Below are positions 57,568 to 64,000 of a stretch of DNA of 64,000 nt, piece after piece. The notes beneath the pieces were generated by a model. That model saw nothing but the letters and a program-made list of their open reading frames with translations, did no database searches and was not told where the DNA came from. The DNA is from the human T2T-CHM13v2.0 reference genome, Homo sapiens, in NCBI RefSeq assembly GCF_009914755.1, contig NC_060935.1. One strand, given 5' to 3'. The translations under genes were made by a program, and so were the position numbers. Position 1 is the stretch's first letter; each line of letters begins with the position of its first letter.

Positions 57568-57845
57568 GGCAGAACACAGTGGCTCAGGCCTATAAACCTA
57601 GCACTTTGGGAGGCAGAAGAAGGCAGATCACGAGGTCAGGAGATGGAGGCCATCCTAGCTAACATGGTGAAACCCCGTCTCTACTAAAAATACAAAAAAT
57701 TAGCTGGGTGTGGTGGCATGTGCCTGTAATCCCAGCTACTCGGGAGGCTGAGGCAGGAGAATCGCTTGAACTCGGGAGGCAGAGGAGGTTCCAGTGAGCC
57801 GAAAGCAAGACTCCATCTCAAAAAAAAAAAAAAAAAAAAAAAAAG
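57568..57845 (+). mobile_element. AluSc-like with a right-arm deletion
   Basis: gatcacgaggtcaggagatggaggccatcctagctaac; gagccgaaagcaagactcc skips ~30 nt; AAGAGT on both flanks (57561, 57846). Confidence 0.93.
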
Positions 57846-58399
57846 AAGAGTAATAGAACAGGACAAATCAATTATATTTGTATTTCTGAAGGCAATGAAT
57901 GGTCAATTCCTTGCTTGGATCTATGTGGTTAGAGAGAAATACCTGTGTTCCTAGAAGTGCACAGAACCATGCAAAGAGAATTGACAAGGCCTCATTCCAA
58001 AGACAAATGGATTAATTAGTTGTGATTGCATCTAAATTACTATTAAGAATCAAGAAAGCATGAAAAAAAGCATAGCATACTAAAAACTTTTTTTTTCTCA
58101 AATAAGACAGCCTAAATATGGATCCACCTTCTTATTGACACAATACCCTAACACTGGTTATTGAACAGCCCCCTAATTTTTACCACGCAGGTAGTTAACA
58201 ACCTTCTAATAAAATTATCATGGAAATTGAAGGAAATCATGTATGTAAACTTGCACATTAGACATACATGATAGACATCTTCAGTAGGCTTATTACAACT
58301 ATTATTAATTGCAAAACAATGAAGATGATCTCAAGTCTTAGAAAGCCAAAGTGTCAATTATTTCATTTTCTAAGTTGGCAAATGTATTTACCATACATA

Positions 58400-59320
58400 C
58401 AGATATATTAAAAACGACTGATTATAAGGAATTGGTTCACATGATTGTGGAGGTTGGCAAGTCCCAAAATCTGCAGTGTTAGTCAGCAAGCTGGAGACCA
58501 AGCAGAGCTGGTAATTTAGCTCCAGTTTGCATACAAAGACCTAAGAACTATGAGAGCTGTTGGTGCTGTTTCAGTTGAAAGATCTTGGAGGCACAAGACC
58601 CAGGAAGAGTCATTGCTTCAGTTTGCATTCGATGGTGGGAAAATGCCAATGTCCCAGCCAAATACCATCAAACAGGAAGAATTTTCTTATTCAGGGTAGG
58701 GTCAACCCTTATGTTCTATTCAGACCTTCAACTGATCAGATAAGGCCCATCCACATTAGAGAGGATTATATAGTTTGGATATTTGTCCTCATCCAACTCT
58801 CATGTTAAAATGCAATCCCCAATGTTGGAGATGGGGCCTGGTGGGAGTTATTTGGGTCATGAAGGTGGATTCCTCATGGATTGGTGCTGTCCTAATGATA
58901 GTGAGTGAGTTCTCATAAGATCAGGTTATTGTAAAGTGTGGCACCTCCCCTATCTCTTGCTCCTGCTCTTGCCATGTGAGATGCCTGCATCCCCTTAATA
59001 TTTTGCTGTGATTGTAAGCCTCCTGAGGCCCTCAGCAGAAGCCAAGCAGATGATAATGCCATGCTTCCTGTACAGCCTGCAGAACCATGAGCCAATTAAA
59101 TCTCTTTTCTTTACGAATTACAAATTACTTAATCTTAGGTATTTCGTTATAGCACTGCAAGAACAGCCTAACACAGAGGTCAATCTACTTTGCTCAGTCT
59201 ACAGATTTCAATATTATTCTCATCAAAAACACCCTCATGAAAACACCCAGAGTAATGTTTGGCCAATTATCTGGGTACAGTTTGGCCCAGTCAACTTGAC
59301 ACACATAATTAACCATCATA
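58400..59320 (-). mobile_element. MLT2C-like ERV-L LTR split by an MST LTR
   Basis: attataaggaattggttcacatgattgtggagg; gttctattcagaccttcaactgat; ggcccagtcaacttgacacacataattaaccatcata. Confidence 0.88.
58766..59175 (+). mobile_element. MSTB-like MaLR solo LTR
   Basis: tatagtttggatatttgtcc...ctcatgttaaaatgcaatccccaatgttggag...agcctgcagaaccatgagccaattaaa...cctaacaca; TSD GAGGA/GAGGT at 58761-58765 and 59176-59180. Confidence 0.92.
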
Positions 59321-60569
59321 GCAAATATCATGATTTTCCTTAGGACCATGTGTAATAGCTTAGGTTTTTACTCACAGGAACAATAAGCCTATCTTAAAGC
59401 AATTACTCTGAAGCCAAGCATTTATGACATATACAAAAGGCTATCTTTGTATTTGTCTTTTTTTTCTATGTGTTTGTGTTTTCCTGATAATAAGGTTACC
59501 ATAAAACATTTCTAGTAAGAAAACTAGAAAGGGAAAATTTCTACTGCCGTTATTTTAAACAATATTTTACATGCAGATTCTGGGAAGATTAATCATCACC
59601 AATGTCAAATAATCTAAAAATAACATTTGTCTTTGTAAAAGGCATTATACTTTACTATTTATTGTGTCAAAATTTATGCTCAACTCTCTTGCAATATTAT
59701 CTCAGATAACCTTCAGTGTCCCTCCTAACCACTATCATGGTTAGAAAATGAGGCTACCAGGATTCAAGCTCTGATTTATAAACTTAAAAGTATTTCTTGC
59801 CATTTTCAAAATATCTAACTCCTTTCTTAACTATAATCAAATATCATTTCAGTTTTCACTGATTACAAATTGCATATATCACAAAATAAGTTTGACTTTA
59901 CAGCATATTCTAATCAATTCTATTTACTTGGCTATACTAATGCAATCATTATTATTGTTATCTAAGATAAGGTTGTAATTTGTCTCAGCAGGTGATTAAG
60001 TATGCAGTTGTTTTAGCCTTGATTCTCATTGCTAATTTTTTTAATCACCAAATACCCAAAACAATAGAATATTAACTGTTCTCTGTGAATCATAAAATGT
60101 TATTTCCTAACAAATTTTTTTAATTCAGATTTATAAATTTATAAATTTATAAATTTACAGATTTGAGTTTTACTGGGGAGAACAGAATAACTCTATTTTC
60201 AACAATGTTCACTCTCAATTTTAACAGTGATTAAAAATTTTATAACAGTAGCACTTGCCCTAAGGAGCACCAGCACCTAATACCTGGGTACCCATGGTGA
60301 AAATCATCCTGCTTACTAAGAGAAGTAAATTGGATAAATAGTCTACATCTTTGAATGTTTAATTAAAAGGCAGCGTATTTATGAGTGGCATTGAGATAGC
60401 TGAGAAACATAAAGTGAAACGTTTATTATTCATTCCCTGTCAGTGTATCAACATAGATATCAAAAGAAGACAGTTTTTCTCAATTTCATAGAGAAGAATC
60501 TAGGTTCAGAGAAGATTTAATGCTTTGACCAAAGAAATGCATAACTGAGAAAAGTCTTAAAGTGTTCAA

Positions 60570-60872
60570 ATGCCTATCAAGAAAACAATAACACTAATTG
60601 CCAGGTTTAGCTGTCGGAGATACAGAAGTCAACATGAAAAATTTCTTGATTTCACAGAGCTTAGATTTTGATGAGGAAGGTAAGAAATAAAAAAGAGAAC
60701 ACATAAATAACTGTAATACTTCAGAGTGATAGATACTATAAAGTAAATAAGTCAGCAATATAGGAGAGAGTATGATGAAGATAGTGCTTGTAATTTAAAT
60801 AGTTAAGTCATATGTTTCACAAGTGACATTTAAACATTACGTAAATTAGGTTAAAGAACATGTCATGCAAAG
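60570..60872 (-). mobile_element. L2a fragment
   Basis: ggagatacagaagtcaacatgaaaaatttcttgatttcacagagcttagattt...ttcagagtgatagatactataaag...aagtgacattt. Confidence 0.7.
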
Positions 60873-61481
60873 CCCCATTTTATTTCTCAGTAGCCAACTC
60901 TTTCCTCACCTTTGCTGTATTTTTATACGATAACTATAAATTGTGAGCACTTAATTGGTTCTGCAATCCTAACACCTTTATATTCAGGCCTTTGGACTAC
61001 CAAGATATATCTTCTCTGTACCTGTAGAAAATAGGAGACTTTTAAAAACGTCCTATACAGACGTTTTTATTTTCCTCTTGTGTCTTGAGTTGGATAGTAA
61101 ATATTTTATTTATCTTCTGTGTTGTGCACATTTTCTATTTTTTTAATAGAAGCCACACCCAATGCTACTTTTCTCTTAATGTCCATTTCCTCATTTCCCA
61201 GATCCTTGACCTCTACTCACACCACTTTTTATCCATGCCCAGGGAAAATGTGTATAATCATAGTGCCACCACAAACTGTGGTTTATCAGGGACTCAATTC
61301 ATCTAGTAGGAAAGATACAAATGACCTCATCAATAATATGATCAACCCAACCCCAGGTTTCTATTTTTAAAATTTATTATTTAGATTACCTCCCAGAGCC
61401 AACTACTATATCAATTAGGATCCTCCTATCAAAAAATAGTTGTACACCCAAGAAAATAGTAGAAGAGAGCTTAATCAGGAG

Positions 61482-63565
61482 ACTTGAGAACAGGAAGAAG
61501 ACAAGGATGCTCACTCTTACCACTGGTATTCAACATAGTACTGGAAGTCTTAGCCAGAGCAATCAGGCAAGAGAAATAAATAAAGGTAACCAAATAGGAA
61601 GAGAGGAAGTCAAACTATCTCTTATGGCATGCAATATGATTCTATAACTAGAAAATCCCATACTCTCTCCTCAAAGTCTCCTGGAATTGATTTTTTTAAA
61701 ACTTCAGTAAAATTTCAGGATACAAATTCAATGTACAAAAGCCAGTAGTGCCAATAACATCCAAGCTGAGAGCCAAATTAAGAATGCAATTCCATTTGTA
61801 ATAGCCACAAAAAGAAATAAACTACCTAAGAATACAGCTAATAGGGAGGAGAAAAAGCTCTACAATGAAGATTAGAAAGCACTCCTGAAAAAAATCAAAG
61901 ACAACAAGAACAAATGAAAAAACATTTCATGTTCATGAATACAAAGAATCAATGTTAAAATGGCCATACTGCTCAAAATAATTTACAGATCCCCTGTTAT
62001 CCTATCAAATAAGCAATGGAATTTTTAATTTTTAAAATCAGAAAAAGCTATTCTAAAATGTATATAGAACCGAAAAAGAGCTCAAATAGCTAAAGCAAAT
62101 CCTATTTAAAAAAAAAAGCCAGAGGCATCACACTGCATGACTTCAAACTGTTTAAGGCTACAGTAACCAAAACAGCATCATACTGGTAAAAAAGCAGACA
62201 CATAAACAAATGATACAAAACAGAGAGCTCAGAAATAATCCCACACGCCTACAATTATCTAATCTTCAACAAAGTCATTAATAAAATGCAATGGGAAAAG
62301 AATTCTCTATTCAATACATGGTGCTGGGATAACTGGCTAGCCATATGCAGAAGGTTGCATCTGGACACCTTCATTTTACCATATGCAAAAATCAACTCAA
62401 GATGGATTAATGGCTGAAATATAATACATAAAACTGTAAAAACCCTAGAAGAAAACCTAGGAATACCATTCTGCACACAGGCTTTGGCAAAGATTTCACG
62501 GCAAAACCTCCAAAAGCAATTACAACAAAACCAAAAATGGACAAGTGGCATCTAATTAAACTAAAAAGATTCTGCACTTCAAAAGAAACTGTCAACAGAG
62601 TAAACAGACAACCTACAGAATGGGAGAAAATATTTGCAAACTATGCCTCTGACAAAGATCTAATATTCAGAGTATACAAGGAACATAGACAAATCAACAA
62701 GAAAAAAACAACCCTATTTAAAAATAGTCAAAGGACATAAACAGACCCTTCTCAAAAGAATATATACAAGTGGCCAACAAGAATGTGAAAAATTGCTCAA
62801 CATCAGTAATCATAAGAGAAATACAAATCAAAACCACCTTGAGATACCATCTCACATCAGTCAGAATGGCTATTAATAAAAAGTAAGAAAAAAGATGTTG
62901 GCCAGTTTGTGGGGAAAAAAAGAACATTTATACACTGCGGGTGGGGATTCAGATTAGTGAAGCTACTGTGGGAAAAGAAGTTAGGAGATTTCTGAAAGAG
63001 CTAAAAACAGAACTACCATCCAACCCAGCAATCTCATTACTGGGCATATGCTTGAAAGACTATAAAACATTCTACCAAAAACAAGCAAACAAATAGACAA
63101 AAAAAACCCACATGCACTTTAAGTTCATCGCAGCACTATTCACAATAGCAAAGACATGGCATCAACCTAGATACTCATCAATGTTGGACTCGATAAAGAA
63201 AATATGGTACATGTACACCCAGGAGTATATGAAGCCATAAAAAACTGAAGTAATGTCCTTCGCGGCATCATGGATGCAGCTGGAGGCCATTAACCTAAGC
63301 AAATTAACATAGGAACACAAAACAAAATACCAAACATGTTCTTACTAGTAAGTGGGGCTGAACACTGAGTACACATGGACACCACGGCCTACTTGAGTGG
63401 GGAAGGTGAGAGAAGAGTGAGAGTCAAAAAACTATCTACTGGGTACTGTGCGCACTACCTGTGTGAGAAAAGTATTTGCACATCAAACCCCAAAGACATG
63501 CAATTTACTCATGTAGGAAACCTCCACATGTTCACTATGAACCTAAAATAAAAGTAGAAAAAAAA
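61482..63565 (+). mobile_element. L1PA16-like LINE-1, 5'-truncated (~2.1 kb)
   Basis: RT region caaggatgctcactcttaccac...ttcaacatagtactggaagtc; ORF 62537-62740 [35 protein letters not shown]; 3' end aacctaaaataaaagt plus A tail. Confidence 0.92.
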
Positions 63566-64000
63566 GACAATGATTCAAAAAATCATACAGCCTGCGTTCA
63601 GCATAGTCATCTTTCCCTCCAGCACATACAATTGTCCACCTGGCAATACTGACAAGAATGTGGCATCCTATGGATTTATGTTCTGAAGTTGCATATATAG
63701 ACCCACACCTACTAAGCCTATTTGTTCTCAAACTCTGAAACTTAAAGTTGAGGTATCTCAACATGGATAAGGCATTGCTGATCTGAAGTCTCACATGCAC
63801 TCTGTACGAACAGCTTTGCTAGGTGGTAAGCAAGCTTTAGAGTCATTTAAATGGGAAAATATTTTGTTCTGTCTATCTCTTGAAAAGCAAATAGGCCACT
63901 TGGGCATTAAATTACATTAACTCACTAAATGTCATGGCTGTATTAACTACTGCCCAGGCAGCAAATTGGAAATATACCATCAGAGAGAAAGCTGTTTCTC

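Overview
AT-rich, CpG-depleted primate (human-like) genomic DNA, intergenic or deep intronic. I find no credible protein-coding gene, RNA gene or CpG island. Every ORF in the track with recognisable homology is an L1 ORF1/ORF2 remnant, an ERV-L remnant, an Alu/LTR read-through or a microsatellite artefact. Most of the window is transposable-element derived. (1) 2.0-13.6 kb: a long antisense L1MA that split a MIR and later received an MLT2A LTR, a twin-primed L1PA15-like element (itself holding an L1PA3-like element), two AluS, half a MER75 piggyBac MITE and a twin-primed L1PA8-like element. (2) 15.1-20.9 kb: a near-complete, very old ERV-L provirus (HERV16/LTR16 type) with gag, protease, RT, RNase H, integrase and dUTPase remnants, and no env. 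(3) Further 5'-truncated L1s, Alus, MaLR/ERV-L LTRs, MER81, MIR and L2 relics. (4) Three large non-B-DNA-prone repeats: a ~520-bp purine tract, (TTCCC)10(TCCCC)10 and a ~625-bp TA-rich minisatellite. I see no supportable novel multi-gene system. The most interesting signals are rearrangement and repair scars (templated insertion, fold-back triplication, TSD-less Alus, deletion junctions), the ancient provirus, and a few candidate splice or regulatory motifs. Subfamily names come from recalled consensus sequences and need RepeatMasker/Dfam confirmation. Boundaries of old elements are approximate.
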